A DNA stretch of 64,000 bases from an uncultured Candidatus Saccharibacteria bacterium. GTDB taxonomy: Bacteria; Patescibacteriota; Doudnabacteria; UBA920. Shown piece by piece: positions 27,109 to 37,173 of this stretch. Every line of letters begins with the position of its first letter. The stretch's first letter is position 1. Made by a program: the position numbers and the translations under genes. Under the pieces are notes generated by a model. The model did no database searches and was not told where the DNA came from. It saw only the letters and a program-made list of their open reading frames with translations. Where the stretch lies: contig CAYYWQ010000001.1 of NCBI GenBank assembly GCA_964474825.1, positions 677,609-741,608 of the forward strand, in the 5' to 3' direction.

Positions 27109-28362
27109 TTAGAGATTAAGAAACTTTCCAAAAAAAGTTACCAGAACTGCAATAGTAATACAAACAGCGGAAACGCGCAAAAACCATTTGGAAAAGCCCT
27201 TGGATATATACTCCCCCATAATGGCCTTGTCTTCAGAAAAACGGATAAGAAAATAGAATATTACAGGAAGCAGCGCGCCGTTTAAATAGTCGGCATATAA
27301 AGTCAGGCCAAATAAATTCACTGCCGGAAACAAGGCGGTAATGACGCCAAGGGCAATTTGTAAAATAAAAAAAGTATAAAACACGCGCCCCTTAGTAAAG
27401 TTGGCGTTAAGCGTGCGCTCGTAGCCAAAAAATTCCGTAAACACATAAGCTGTGGCCAACGGCACAATTGTCAGGCCCAAACAGGAGGCAGCGAACAAAC
27501 CCGTGGCGAATAAACCGTAAGACAAAGCGCCGGCCAAAGGCTTAATGGCCAAGGCCGCGGTTAAGCCGTCGGTTACCACCTGGTGATTAACAAACAAAGT
27601 GTATGTAACGGCTATAGCTATCATCCAGGAAAAAAAGTTGGTAACCAAAGCACCAAAATAAACTTCTGCTCGTGCTTCTTTAATTTGTTCGGGTTTAAGC
27701 CCCTTGTCTGCCACATAGCTGTTAATAAAAAACTGGCCCCAGGCTGTTACCGTGGTTCCCAAAACCGCAATAAGCGCGAACCAGTATTTAAAATCCGTTA
27801 GCTGCACCAGCTGCGGATAGACTAAACTTTCTGTTAAAGCCTGCCCCCAATTTGGATGGACCAAAAACGCGGAGACAACATAGCTGCCGTAAAACAAAAT
27901 AGTGAACAAAAAAATGCGCTGGAGGTTTTTATAATTAAGTTTTATTACCAGCGCTACAAGGAGGGAACAAAAAACAATTAACATTAATTGCCAGGGCAGG
28001 CCGAACAATTGCATGGAGGCTTTTAGGCCGCTGACGTTTTGCAGAACCACGCCTTGGTTTACAACAAAATAAAAAATAAACAGAACAACGGCCACGCGCG
28101 CGCCGTAATGCTCGCGAATTAAATCCCCAAGACCCTTGCCGGTAACAATGGCAATGCGCGCGCCAATCTCCTGGGTAATGGCAAGCAGAATGGTAGTGAG
28201 TATTACAAAATACTGCGAAGCCATACCAAACATGGCGGCGGCCACTGTGTAGGTAGCCACGCCGCCTGCATCGTTGTCGGCCACGGCCGTAATTAGGCCG
28301 GGACCAACAACCATCATGAACAACATGAAGTGGCGTTTAAAATTTTGCCAAAAAGATTTCAT
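27109..28362 (-). CDS. NRAMP-related divalent cation (probably Mg2+) transporter
   Basis: GPGLITAVADNDAGGVATY, QEIGARIAIVTGKGL, LGTTVTAW. Confidence 0.85.
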   Translation of the reverse strand: MKSFWQNFKRHFMLFMMVVGPGLITAVADNDAGGVATYTVAAAMFGMASQYFVILTTILLAITQEIGARIAIVTGKGLGDLIREHYGARVAVVLFIFYFVVNQGVVLQNVSGLKASMQLFGLPWQLMLIVFCSLLVALVIKLNYKNLQRIFLFTILFYGSYVVSAFLVHPNWGQALTESLVYPQLVQLTDFKYWFALIAVLGTTVTAWGQFFINSYVADKGLKPEQIKEARAEVYFGALVTNFFSWMIAIAVTYTLFVNHQVVTDGLTAALAIKPLAGALSYGLFATGLFAASCLGLTIVPLATAYVFTEFFGYERTLNANFTKGRVFYTFFILQIALGVITALFPAVNLFGLTLYADYLNGALLPVIFYFLIRFSEDKAIMGEYISKGFSKWFLRVSAVCITIAVLVTFFGKFLNL

Positions 28363-28484
28363 AAATATTGCGCCGAGGGCAACGGATTTACTCCGTGACT
28401 GAGGCAGCTTTGTGGTAAGGATGGGATCCCGACCGAGGCGGGATGGTTGGGAAGGGAAACCTATAGGTTTACCTTCCCAAAATT

Positions 28485-29705
28485 TTACGCTGTCGGGAAC
28501 AGCTGTCTCATAACATCATCTATTGTAACAATTCCGAGTAATTTTTTATCTGAGTCTAAAACAGCGGCTGTATATAAATTATAGCGGGTCATAAGCTGAA
28601 TAATTTGGCGGATTTTGTCGTCCGGATGCAAAATAGAAGCCGCAGTTAATTTTTTTGCCAGCTTGCTGACTTTGTATTCCTGAGAAGCCGAAATTAAGCG
28701 GCGCAAACTGACTACACCGGTAAACTTACCCTTCTCGTCTGTAACATAAACGTACACAATGGACCTAAATTCACTGGACTTCTGTTTAATTTCTTCCACA
28801 GCACGCTGTACTGTCCATTCCGGCCTAACAGTAACAAAGTCTACGGTCATAAGCCCCCCGGCAGTGTCATCCCCATAAGAAGACAGCTCGGCAACACTGG
28901 CCGCCCGCCCGCCATGGAGCTTGGACAAAAATTGACGCGACTCCTCGGTAGTAAAAGTTTTTGCCAGGTCCACAATTTCGTCGGTAGACATATATGCCAA
29001 AATTTTTCCAGCTTTGTCAGGTCCTAAATATTTTATTAAAATGTTTTGCCAGGTTGGGTCCACCTCTTCCAAAACTTTAGCCGCGTCACGGTCCCCCAAA
29101 GAAGCCAATAGGCTGCTGCCGCGTTTAACATCCAACTCTTCCACAATATTAGCTAAGTCCGCCGGATGCAAATGCCCCAAGTGTTCAGCCATGGTATTTA
29201 AATGCACCGTACCCTTGTTGTCTACCAGTTGAGCCTGGCGCCAATCTATTAAATTCACCTTAAACGGCCAAGCTATGGCACTGCCAATCCAGCCAAGCCT
29301 GCGCAAAAGGCCCCGAAAACTGGAGTCTATGCCTAGCACGCAAGTACGGTTTTCAAAATTGCCTATTCGTAAATCGTTAACTCGCACCACGCGGGTGCCG
29401 GCCACGTCTACAATTTGCTGGTCTAACACGTCCCGTTTTAAATGAATAAACTGGCGTTCAGGCAAAGCCGGCAACGCAATATGCGTAAATAAATTTTTAA
29501 GTGAAATTTCGCTGGTGGTAAAATTTTCTACGTAATCGTAAGGAACAAATTTTAAAGGCTGGTTGTTGCCGGTTTTGACCACTAAAAATTCCAGTGGGCT
29601 AAAGCTGCCGTTTTTTTGGCTAATTAAAATATCCTCCAGCTTGCCTGCTACGGCGTCTGAGCTGTCGTAAATTTTGTTGTTCAGTAATTCGCTAATGTAG
29701 GGCAT
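28485..29705 (-). CDS. MgtE cytosolic-domain protein (PRC-barrel, MgtE_N, CBS pair)
   Basis: LDQQIVDVAGTRVVRVND, LHPADLANIVEEL, DTAGGLMT, GIVTIDD; start MPYISEL preferred. Confidence 0.85.
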   Translation of the reverse strand: MPYISELLNNKIYDSSDAVAGKLEDILISQKNGSFSPLEFLVVKTGNNQPLKFVPYDYVENFTTSEISLKNLFTHIALPALPERQFIHLKRDVLDQQIVDVAGTRVVRVNDLRIGNFENRTCVLGIDSSFRGLLRRLGWIGSAIAWPFKVNLIDWRQAQLVDNKGTVHLNTMAEHLGHLHPADLANIVEELDVKRGSSLLASLGDRDAAKVLEEVDPTWQNILIKYLGPDKAGKILAYMSTDEIVDLAKTFTTEESRQFLSKLHGGRAASVAELSSYGDDTAGGLMTVDFVTVRPEWTVQRAVEEIKQKSSEFRSIVYVYVTDEKGKFTGVVSLRRLISASQEYKVSKLAKKLTAASILHPDDKIRQIIQLMTRYNLYTAAVLDSDKKLLGIVTIDDVMRQLFPTA

Positions 29706-29770
29706 AAATGACAAACCACCCAAATTAAAACAGCCATCTGTTTATAAAAACCACCAATGCTGTGGCTAAA

Positions 29771-30331
29771 TTATAACATATCTCTAAGGATTTTTCTATC
29801 TAGAATAATGCGTTCCAACAATTTTTGATTGACCAAAACCAAATCCTGTTTGCCTTTAGCCCAAAGCAGCGCGGGCAAGCTAAAATTGCCTGAGGTAATG
29901 AGCATGACTTTGTCAAAATGTTCAGCCCACTTAACCCCGTAAAGGTCGCGTACCTCCGGTTCGCCGACTAGCCACTTGTCATATTTTTTGCACTGAATGC
30001 CAATACGGCGTCCCTGGTATTCCGCCACTACATCTATACCGTGGTCCCCCTGCTGCCCTCTGTGTTTGGCCTTTGCCCCAACACTTAAGAGTAATTGCAC
30101 CACCCATTGTTCAAAACCCTGGCCGCTTAAATTTTGCACAATATGCGAAGTGTCACGGTTGCGCAAAAATATTTCACGAAAATGCTTTTTGGTAAAATGC
30201 CATTTTAAGACCAGGCCTAAAATTACTACAACTGCCAAAGCCGCCAGCATCCACAGCGCAGGCACAAGCGGCGACAATAAATCCTGGTTGCGCGGCGCGC
30301 CGACCTGATATGTAAATTCCACTACAAACAT
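29771..30331 (-). CDS. Membrane-anchored Mrr-like restriction endonuclease
   Basis: TM helix then FEQWV..LL, GDHGIDV, IQCKKY, ITSGNFS. Confidence 0.82.
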   Translation of the reverse strand: MFVVEFTYQVGAPRNQDLLSPLVPALWMLAALAVVVILGLVLKWHFTKKHFREIFLRNRDTSHIVQNLSGQGFEQWVVQLLLSVGAKAKHRGQQGDHGIDVVAEYQGRRIGIQCKKYDKWLVGEPEVRDLYGVKWAEHFDKVMLITSGNFSLPALLWAKGKQDLVLVNQKLLERIILDRKILRDML

Positions 30332-30400
30332 GAATACATTATATCACTAAAATGATACAATACTTAAGCCAAAATCTGCTTATTAGTCGTATAAATTTAT

Positions 30401-31699
30401 ATGAAGAAATTTCTGCTCTACGGGTTATTGCTTTGCAACCTGGTAATAATTGCTGTTTTGTGGTGGGAGGGCTCCGGTTTTATGTGGACCCTAGGCTCAT
30501 CCGGCAAGCTTATAGCTTTGGGCCGTATTGCCGGACTACTCCTGGAATTTACGATTTTACTGCAGCTACTTTTAATTGGCCGCGTGCCCTGGATAGAGCG
30601 GATTTTTGGCCATGACAAATTAAACCGCCTGCATAGGCTTATTGGCTACAGCGTAAGCAGCCTGCTCATTACCCACCCCCTGCTTTTAATATTTGGCTAT
30701 GCCCAAATTAACCAGTTTTCCCTGTGGCGGCAATTTTTGGATTTTTGGTTTCATTGGGAAGACGCATGGAAAGCCGCGGTGGCTCTGGTAATATTTTTGT
30801 CCATAATATTTATTTCAATTGCTGTGGTGCGGAGAAAACTTCGCTACGAAACCTGGCATGGTATTCACTTGCTAATGTATGTTGCTATTTTCTTGGTGTT
30901 TGGTCACCAAATTAACACGGCCGATGTTTCCTCGGGACAACCCCTTTACTATTGGTATGTTTTAAATTTCTCGGTCTTTGGGCTAGTCCTATTATATAGA
31001 TGGCTAAGGCCGCTGTGGCTGTTTTACAAACATAAGTTTAGTGTGGCAGATATTAAAAGAGAAACTCTAGACGTTGTGTCTGTCTATATTAATGGGAATG
31101 ATTTGGGAAAATACAAATTCCAAGCCGGGCAATTTGCCAACTTGACCTTCTTAAAAAAAGGGATGTGGTTCACGCACCCGTTTTCTTTTTCTAAAGCGCC
31201 AGATGGAAAAACTTTGCGCTTCTCCGTTAAAGCAAGTGGCGATTTTACAAACCAGGTTAGCAGCTTGCCTCTGGGAACAAAAGTAATAATAGACGGCCCT
31301 TTAGGAACTTTTACTGCCAAATCCGCCCGGGCAAATAAATTCCTGCTTTTAGCCGCAGGCATTGGCATAACTCCTCTAAGGGCCCTGGCACAGGAACTGG
31401 CTGATGAGGAGCGTGATGCTATTCTAATTTATGGAAATAAAACTGAAAGTGATATTGCTTTTAAACCAGAGCTGGCTAAATTAAATATAAAAAAATACTT
31501 TTTATTGTCGCGGCAGCATTTAACCAATTTTGAACACGGACGGCTTAGCCACGAAAAAATTTCGCGGTTAGTGCCCGATTATAAAGAACGGGAAATTTAC
31601 ATTTGCGGCCCGGACGAAATGATAAAAAGGACGCGCGATGAACTGCTAAAATCCGGTGTCGCTAAAAAACAAATCCACTATGAGAGGTTTGCTTACTAA
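30401..31699 (+). CDS. Ferric-reductase-like TM domain fused to FAD/NAD-binding reductase
   Basis: LHRLIG, WHGIH heme His; GQF, HPFS, DGPLG, AGIGITP, YICGP, HYERF. Confidence 0.88.
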   Translation: MKKFLLYGLLLCNLVIIAVLWWEGSGFMWTLGSSGKLIALGRIAGLLLEFTILLQLLLIGRVPWIERIFGHDKLNRLHRLIGYSVSSLLITHPLLLIFGYAQINQFSLWRQFLDFWFHWEDAWKAAVALVIFLSIIFISIAVVRRKLRYETWHGIHLLMYVAIFLVFGHQINTADVSSGQPLYYWYVLNFSVFGLVLLYRWLRPLWLFYKHKFSVADIKRETLDVVSVYINGNDLGKYKFQAGQFANLTFLKKGMWFTHPFSFSKAPDGKTLRFSVKASGDFTNQVSSLPLGTKVIIDGPLGTFTAKSARANKFLLLAAGIGITPLRALAQELADEERDAILIYGNKTESDIAFKPELAKLNIKKYFLLSRQHLTNFEHGRLSHEKISRLVPDYKEREIYICGPDEMIKRTRDELLKSGVAKKQIHYERFAY

Positions 31700-31834
31700 C
31701 CCCCCAAAACTTTTTGAAAAAAATTCAGGCGAGTGATAAATTTCTTTTGGTTGTAAAATAAAATAAATCTTCCACCTATTTAAAAAAAGTTTAGTGGGGT
31801 AAACAAACAGCTATTGTGATATAATAAAATCAAG

Positions 31835-32398
31835 ATGCAAAATCAAACAGACGAACAATTAGTTAAAGCTTATTTAAAAGGCAACGAACAGGCCTTGGAG
31901 CTCTTAGTAGAGAGGTATTTATCCCCTCTTTATAATTTTGCCTTTAAATATGTCCACACCCCGGCAGCAGCCGAAGACGTAGTACAGGAAGCTTTGGTAA
32001 AAATTTGGAAGAATATAAACAAATTCAATAAAAAATTTAAATTCAAAACCTGGGCATACACCATTACTAAAAACACGGCTTTAGATCACTTAAAGAAAAA
32101 AGGGATGGTTGCGGTGCCCGAAGGCACGGACGAGCAGCATAGCCAGCTTTTAGAAGCCTTGGTGTCACACGACCCGCTGCCTCAGCAGGCTATGGAGGCC
32201 ATAGATAATGCGGTAATGGTTAAAACCGCTGTAGCCAAGTTACCAGGCAAATACCGCCAAATAATTTCTCTGTACTACGACCAGGGCTTTAATTTCCGTG
32301 AAATTGCCCAGAATTTAAAAGAGTCTATTAACACCATAAAAACCCGCCACAGAAGGGCTGTTCTCTATTTAAAAAAACAAATAGTCAGTAAAGATTAG
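31835..32398 (+). CDS. ECF sigma factor (1)
   Basis: AEDVVQEALVKIWK, FKTWAYTITKN, FREIAQ..SINTIKTR. Confidence 0.92.
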   Translation: MQNQTDEQLVKAYLKGNEQALELLVERYLSPLYNFAFKYVHTPAAAEDVVQEALVKIWKNINKFNKKFKFKTWAYTITKNTALDHLKKKGMVAVPEGTDEQHSQLLEALVSHDPLPQQAMEAIDNAVMVKTAVAKLPGKYRQIISLYYDQGFNFREIAQNLKESINTIKTRHRRAVLYLKKQIVSKD

Positions 32399-32445
32399 CC
32401 GGGTGTTTTGTTAATTTTTTAGGCCTAACAAGGCCTTTTTTTTAA

Positions 32446-32474
32446 TGAACCTAATCACCGCCATTTTACGTATA
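32446..32474 (+). promoter_or_regulatory. ECF-type promoter
   Basis: TGAACC-N17-CGTATA 10 nt before the next ATG. Confidence 0.65.
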
Positions 32475-32484
32475 ATAACCACTT

Positions 32485-32862
32485 ATGAGCCAGCTAACTC
32501 CCCCGCCAAAACTTTATAACCAGATACTGGAAGAAATCCGCTACCAGGAAAGTTTGGCCAAACTGAAAAGGAAAATTTTGACCTGGATTATTGGTCTGTC
32601 ACTTTCCTGGGTGGCTTTTTTATTACTGCTGAAAAATTTTTCCCAGGAAGCAGGACGGAGCGGTTTTGGCGATTTAAGTTTTTTAATAATTAGTGACTTC
32701 TCAGAAATTAAAATTCATTTTTACGATTACATACTCTCCCTCGCCGAAAGCCTGCCGCTTATTAGCCTAACCCTTTTGGCTTTAATGCTTTTAATTGTAA
32801 TTATTGCGGCAATTAAACTCACCTCTTCCGCTTGGGAGTTAAAAAAACTTCGGGTTGGTTAA
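32485..32862 (+). CDS. Two-TM protein, putative anti-sigma factor
   Basis: PPPKLYNQIL N-terminus, two TM helices, SLAESLP; follows the ECF sigma gene. Confidence 0.6.
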   Translation: MSQLTPPPKLYNQILEEIRYQESLAKLKRKILTWIIGLSLSWVAFLLLLKNFSQEAGRSGFGDLSFLIISDFSEIKIHFYDYILSLAESLPLISLTLLALMLLIVIIAAIKLTSSAWELKKLRVG

Positions 32863-32880
32863 TAGTCCCGGCCTTCCTAG

Positions 32881-32990
32881 GTGTCATTCCGAGCGAGTGC
32901 ATCCGAAGCAAGAAATCCCTAATGTCCGATAATTTCCAGGTTTAAGGGATCCCTCCGCTCCTCGGATGTACTCGTCGGTCGGAATAACAC
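32881..32990. repeat. REP-like palindromic element
   Basis: gtgtcattccga...tcggaataacac ends; inner gagtgcatccga / tcggatgtactc. Confidence 0.7.
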
Positions 32991-33004
32991 ACGAAAAAAA
33001 TATT

Positions 33005-33454
33005 ATGGAACTTCACGAAATAATTGTGTCTAAAAATTTCCGGCGCGGTATAGAAATTGCCGTAGCTGTTTTGGTTTTACTTGTTGTTTTTGGCACCGGC
33101 GTTTTTGTTGGACTCGAGAAAGCACGCTTCTCCTACCGCTGGGGCGAAAATTATTTCCGCAATTTTGCAGGGCCCAGGCCAATGTCCCTTGACCGCGGCT
33201 ACTTAAACGCCCACGGCATAGCCGGTGCTATTTTAAAAATTGGAGAAGACGGCTTAGTTATTCAGGACAAAGACGGCGACGAAAGAAATATTTTAATTAC
33301 CGAGCAAACAATGATTAAACGAGGACCAACCAGCGCTAACATTACTCAGCTAAAAACCGGCGAATATATTGTAAGCATTGGTTCCCCAAACAACGAAGGA
33401 GAAATTAACGCCAAATTTATCCGCATAATGCCCGGCCCCCCTCTTTCCTATTAA
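33005..33454 (+). CDS. Membrane-anchored OB-fold (DUF5666-like) protein
   Basis: TM, HGIAGAILKI, GSPNNEGEINAKFIR; the track's start at 32966 lies inside the repeat, so 33005 is preferred. Confidence 0.65.
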   Translation: MELHEIIVSKNFRRGIEIAVAVLVLLVVFGTGVFVGLEKARFSYRWGENYFRNFAGPRPMSLDRGYLNAHGIAGAILKIGEDGLVIQDKDGDERNILITEQTMIKRGPTSANITQLKTGEYIVSIGSPNNEGEINAKFIRIMPGPPLSY

Positions 33455-33472
33455 TTTAATTAAATTTTTACA

Positions 33473-35137
33473 ATGCCTAAAATCACAACTTATTTAAAGG
33501 AACACAAAATCCCGACTATTATTACGGCAGTTGTAATTATTTTAATTGGTTATTTTTGGTACCAAAAAACCCACACTACTGCCGCTACTATAAAATATGT
33601 TACCGCAGCCGCGCAAAACGACACAGTAATAGCAACTATTACGGGCACTGGCCAGGTTCAGGCACTAAACCAATTGGACGTTAAACCTCAGACGGATGGA
33701 CGACTAACTTCCCTCAGCGTGCAATTAAACCAACAAGTAAAAAAAGGACAGACTTTGGGAGTAATTGACCAACAAACCGCGGCCAACAGCACAGCCCAAG
33801 CTCGCGCATCGCTTCAGCAGGCCCAGGCCAATTACGACAAGCTAATTGCCGGCGCAACACAAAACACTATAAATGGCCAAAAACTTTCCATTGAATCCGC
33901 GCAGCAAGCCTTGGACCAAGCGAAAAAAGATTACACGCTCACCGTAAAACAACAGCAGCAAGCCGTGGAAAAAGCTTATTCCGATTTACTAAACAGCGGA
34001 CTTGAGGCAGACCCAAGCGATATACAATCTTCGGCTACGGTCAGCGTTAGCGGCAACTACATAGGGAAAGAAAAGGGCCAATATGTAATTACTTTATACA
34101 ACTCGGGCGATGGCGTTCATTATAGCGCCGCGGGTTTAGGAACAGGCACCGGTTCTATTAAACCAGGACTGGCGCAGCCTATTGGCAACGGACTGTATAT
34201 AACTTTTAGCAGCTCCTCCATAAATGTCCAAACTAAATGGACAATAGATGTGCCTAATATAAAAGGCAGCAGTTATTTAGGGAACTTAAACAGCTATAAC
34301 ACTGCGCTGCAAAACCAACAGCAAGCAATAGATAAAGCGCAAAATACAATTAACTCCGACCAGAACGCCTTAGACAAAGCCAACCTGTCCCTCCAGACAA
34401 CCGTAGAGCCTCCAACGGCGGCGGACATTGCCTCAGCCAAGGCGCAAATTACTTCAGCCCAAGCCCAACTGGCAAATGCACAAACCGCTTACAGTAATAC
34501 CATACTGACCGCGCCTTTTGACGGCGTTATTGCCACTTTAAATTTTTCAGCCGGAGACAAGCTTACGGCCGGCAGCGTTTTTGCCACTATTATTACCAAC
34601 CAGCAAGTGGCCAAAATTACTTTAAATGAAGTTGATGTTGCCAAAATTAAATTGGGACAAAAAGCCACGCTGACCTTTGACGCAATTGACGGCTTGCAAA
34701 TTGCCGGAACCGTGGCGCAAATAGACACACTCGGAACGGTAAGCCAAGGCGTGGTTACTTACGGGGTAAAAATTGCAATGGACACTTCTGACCCTGCCGT
34801 TAAACCGGGAATGAGCGTGAGCGCCTCTATAATTACGGCTGTTGCCGCAGATGTTTTAACTGTGCCAAACGCCGCCGTAAAATCTAATGCCTCTGGAAAT
34901 TATGTACAAATTTTAGGTAGTGACGGCAAACCGGAAAATAAAGTTGTAACAATAGGCTTGGCCGATAACAGTAATACCCAAATTACAGACGGACTAAACG
35001 CGGGCGACCAGGTAGTAACCCAAACTATTAATTCCACCGCAGCCACAACAAATACTTCATCTTCCAGCTTACGTCTCCCCGGGCTCGGCGGAGGCAACGC
35101 GGGATTTACCGGAGCTGTTAGAATTCAGGCAAGATAA
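33473..35137 (+). CDS. MacA-like membrane fusion protein
   Basis: GTGQV, coiled coil, LTAPFDGVI, LNEVDVAKIKLGQ, KPGMS, LTVPNAAV. Confidence 0.88.
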   Translation: MPKITTYLKEHKIPTIITAVVIILIGYFWYQKTHTTAATIKYVTAAAQNDTVIATITGTGQVQALNQLDVKPQTDGRLTSLSVQLNQQVKKGQTLGVIDQQTAANSTAQARASLQQAQANYDKLIAGATQNTINGQKLSIESAQQALDQAKKDYTLTVKQQQQAVEKAYSDLLNSGLEADPSDIQSSATVSVSGNYIGKEKGQYVITLYNSGDGVHYSAAGLGTGTGSIKPGLAQPIGNGLYITFSSSSINVQTKWTIDVPNIKGSSYLGNLNSYNTALQNQQQAIDKAQNTINSDQNALDKANLSLQTTVEPPTAADIASAKAQITSAQAQLANAQTAYSNTILTAPFDGVIATLNFSAGDKLTAGSVFATIITNQQVAKITLNEVDVAKIKLGQKATLTFDAIDGLQIAGTVAQIDTLGTVSQGVVTYGVKIAMDTSDPAVKPGMSVSASIITAVAADVLTVPNAAVKSNASGNYVQILGSDGKPENKVVTIGLADNSNTQITDGLNAGDQVVTQTINSTAATTNTSSSSLRLPGLGGGNAGFTGAVRIQAR

Positions 35138-35143
35138 CCCCTA

Positions 35144-36382
35144 ATGACCACTTTGGATTTAATAAAAGAATCATATGTTGCCCTGGCGGCAAATAAGGTC
35201 CGCTCCGGCCTGACCATGCTTGGGATTATTATTGGCATTGGCAGCGTAATTGCCATGGTCGCCATTGGCCAGGGCGCGCAAGCTTCCATTAATGCCAATA
35301 TTTCTTCTTTAGGCTCTAACTTAATAATTGTAAGTCCGGGCGCACAGCGTGGCCCTGGTGTCACTGTAAGCGCGGGCTTAGGCAGCGCGCAAAGCTTAAC
35401 CCTTGCCGACCAACAAGCTATTAGTTCGCAAATCAGCCTGGCCAAAGCAGTGGACGGCGAACAGCAGCGCCGTTTCCAAGTCACTGCCAAAGGAACGAAT
35501 ACAAACACAACAGTAATCGGTACGGACGATAATTATCCTATTGTCAGAAACGTAAATATAGACAGTGGCTCGTTCATTACCGCGCAAAATGTAAAAGACT
35601 CTTCCAAAGTCGCGGTTTTAGGACCGACCACCCGTGACAATTTATTTGGCGAAGGTGCGGATGCCTTAGGACAAACCATTCGTATTAGCGGAATCCAATT
35701 TAAAGTTATTGGCATTACAAAATCCAAAGGCGGCAGTGGTTTTTTTAACCAGGACGACACTATTTTTATACCCCTGTCCGTTTCTCAGCACTATTTAGCA
35801 GGGCCAAACCAAAATGGCCAGCCTTACTTAAGCAGTATTGCCATTTCAGCCCAAAGTCCGGAAGTCATGACAACAGTGCAGCAACAAGTAACGGAGCTCT
35901 TACTTGAGCGCCACAAAATTTCTGAAGCGGCACAAGCAGATTTTACAGTTCAAAATCAGGCGGACATAGTTTCCGCCGCCTCGTCCGTAACAAATACTTT
36001 TACAATGCTTCTGGCTAGCATTGCCGGAATTTCTTTATTGGTCGGCGGCATTGGGATTATGAACATGATGCTGACAACCGTAACTGAACGCACGCGCGAG
36101 ATTGGACTTCGCAAAGCCGTGGGCGCCACTGCCTCCAACATTAACCTGCAATTTTTAATTGAAGCGGTGCTGCTGACTTTTTTGGGCGGAGGAATTGGTA
36201 TAGTCCTGGGCTGGCTATTGGCTGCCTTACTCTCAAAATTCGGAGGACTAACCACTTCTATCTCGGGATCTTCCGTTCTTTTGGCTTTTGGGGTTTCCGC
36301 AGCTATTGGTTTAATTTTTGGTTACTACCCCGCCCGCCGCGCCTCCAAATTAAATCCTATTGAGGCATTACATTTTGAATAA
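35144..36382 (+). CDS. MacB-type ABC permease
   Basis: RSGLTMLGIIIGIGSVI, GGIGIMNMML..VTERTREIGLRKAVGA, YPARRASKLNPIEAL. Confidence 0.93.
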   Translation: MTTLDLIKESYVALAANKVRSGLTMLGIIIGIGSVIAMVAIGQGAQASINANISSLGSNLIIVSPGAQRGPGVTVSAGLGSAQSLTLADQQAISSQISLAKAVDGEQQRRFQVTAKGTNTNTTVIGTDDNYPIVRNVNIDSGSFITAQNVKDSSKVAVLGPTTRDNLFGEGADALGQTIRISGIQFKVIGITKSKGGSGFFNQDDTIFIPLSVSQHYLAGPNQNGQPYLSSIAISAQSPEVMTTVQQQVTELLLERHKISEAAQADFTVQNQADIVSAASSVTNTFTMLLASIAGISLLVGGIGIMNMMLTTVTERTREIGLRKAVGATASNINLQFLIEAVLLTFLGGGIGIVLGWLLAALLSKFGGLTTSISGSSVLLAFGVSAAIGLIFGYYPARRASKLNPIEALHFE

Positions 36383-36451
36383 TCCTGCTTGGGGGGACAT
36401 CTTATTGCAACTTTAAAACTTGCAATGGATGCCCGCCTGATCAGGAATATT

Positions 36452-36616
36452 TAGAAGCTATTTTAAAAATAATTTGTAGGCGAAATTGTCAGAATTTTGA
36501 GCAGATTGGGCCAAATAAATTTTGATGTTTAACTATAGTTAAGCGGAAAAATTTTTTGGGCCAAGATGCCGAAATTCTGACAATTGCAGCCCAAAGGATT
36601 TTTAAGATAGCTTCTA
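36452..36616. repeat. Palindromic MITE-like element, family B, copy 2 (165 bp)
   Basis: Ends tagaagctattttaaaaat / atttttaagatagcttcta, bounded by TA. Confidence 0.85.
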
Positions 36617-36643
36617 ACTGATCTTAATAATTAACAAACAATA

Positions 36644-37114
36644 ATGAACAAATCTATCATCACCACAATTGTGGTGGCAGTCATTGTGGGAGTCGTGGGT
36701 TTTTTTGGCGGCTACAAGTATGGGCAAGGCAAAACAACAGGAATTCCGGGCAACCGTCAAATAAATTTCTTAGGCGGTCCGGCCGGCGCAACAGGCGCCA
36801 CGCGTCGCTTTGGCACCACCGGCAATAATTTCGTCAACGGCACTATTTTGTCCAAGGACGAAAGCGGCATTACGGTGCAGACGCGGGGCGGCTTGCCAGG
36901 CAGCGCCACATCAACTACAGGCTCTAAAATTGTAATTGTTTCAAACAACACCCAAATTTTTAAAGCAGTGCAAGGCACGTCCGCCGACTTAACCGTTGGC
37001 GAAAATGTTACGGTTACAGGGACAGACAACCCTGCTGGCGCCTTAACCGCGCAAACTATCCAGGTCAGGCAAATGCCGCCGGCCGGCCAGCCTAACGTCT
37101 TTATGGGAAATTAG
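36644..37114 (+). CDS. Membrane-anchored DUF5666-like protein
   Basis: TM + FFGGYKY, GTILSKD, DLTVGENVTVTG, AQTIQVR. Confidence 0.68.
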   Translation: MNKSIITTIVVAVIVGVVGFFGGYKYGQGKTTGIPGNRQINFLGGPAGATGATRRFGTTGNNFVNGTILSKDESGITVQTRGGLPGSATSTTGSKIVIVSNNTQIFKAVQGTSADLTVGENVTVTGTDNPAGALTAQTIQVRQMPPAGQPNVFMGN

Positions 37115-37173
37115 ACACCACTTTAAAATCTGCTATACTACAATCTGTCTAAAAATAATTAAACTATTTAACT

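Noticed and set aside
29706-29770. M-box riboswitch upstream of the Mg transport genes
   Set aside because: The 65-nt gap is too short and lacks the motif
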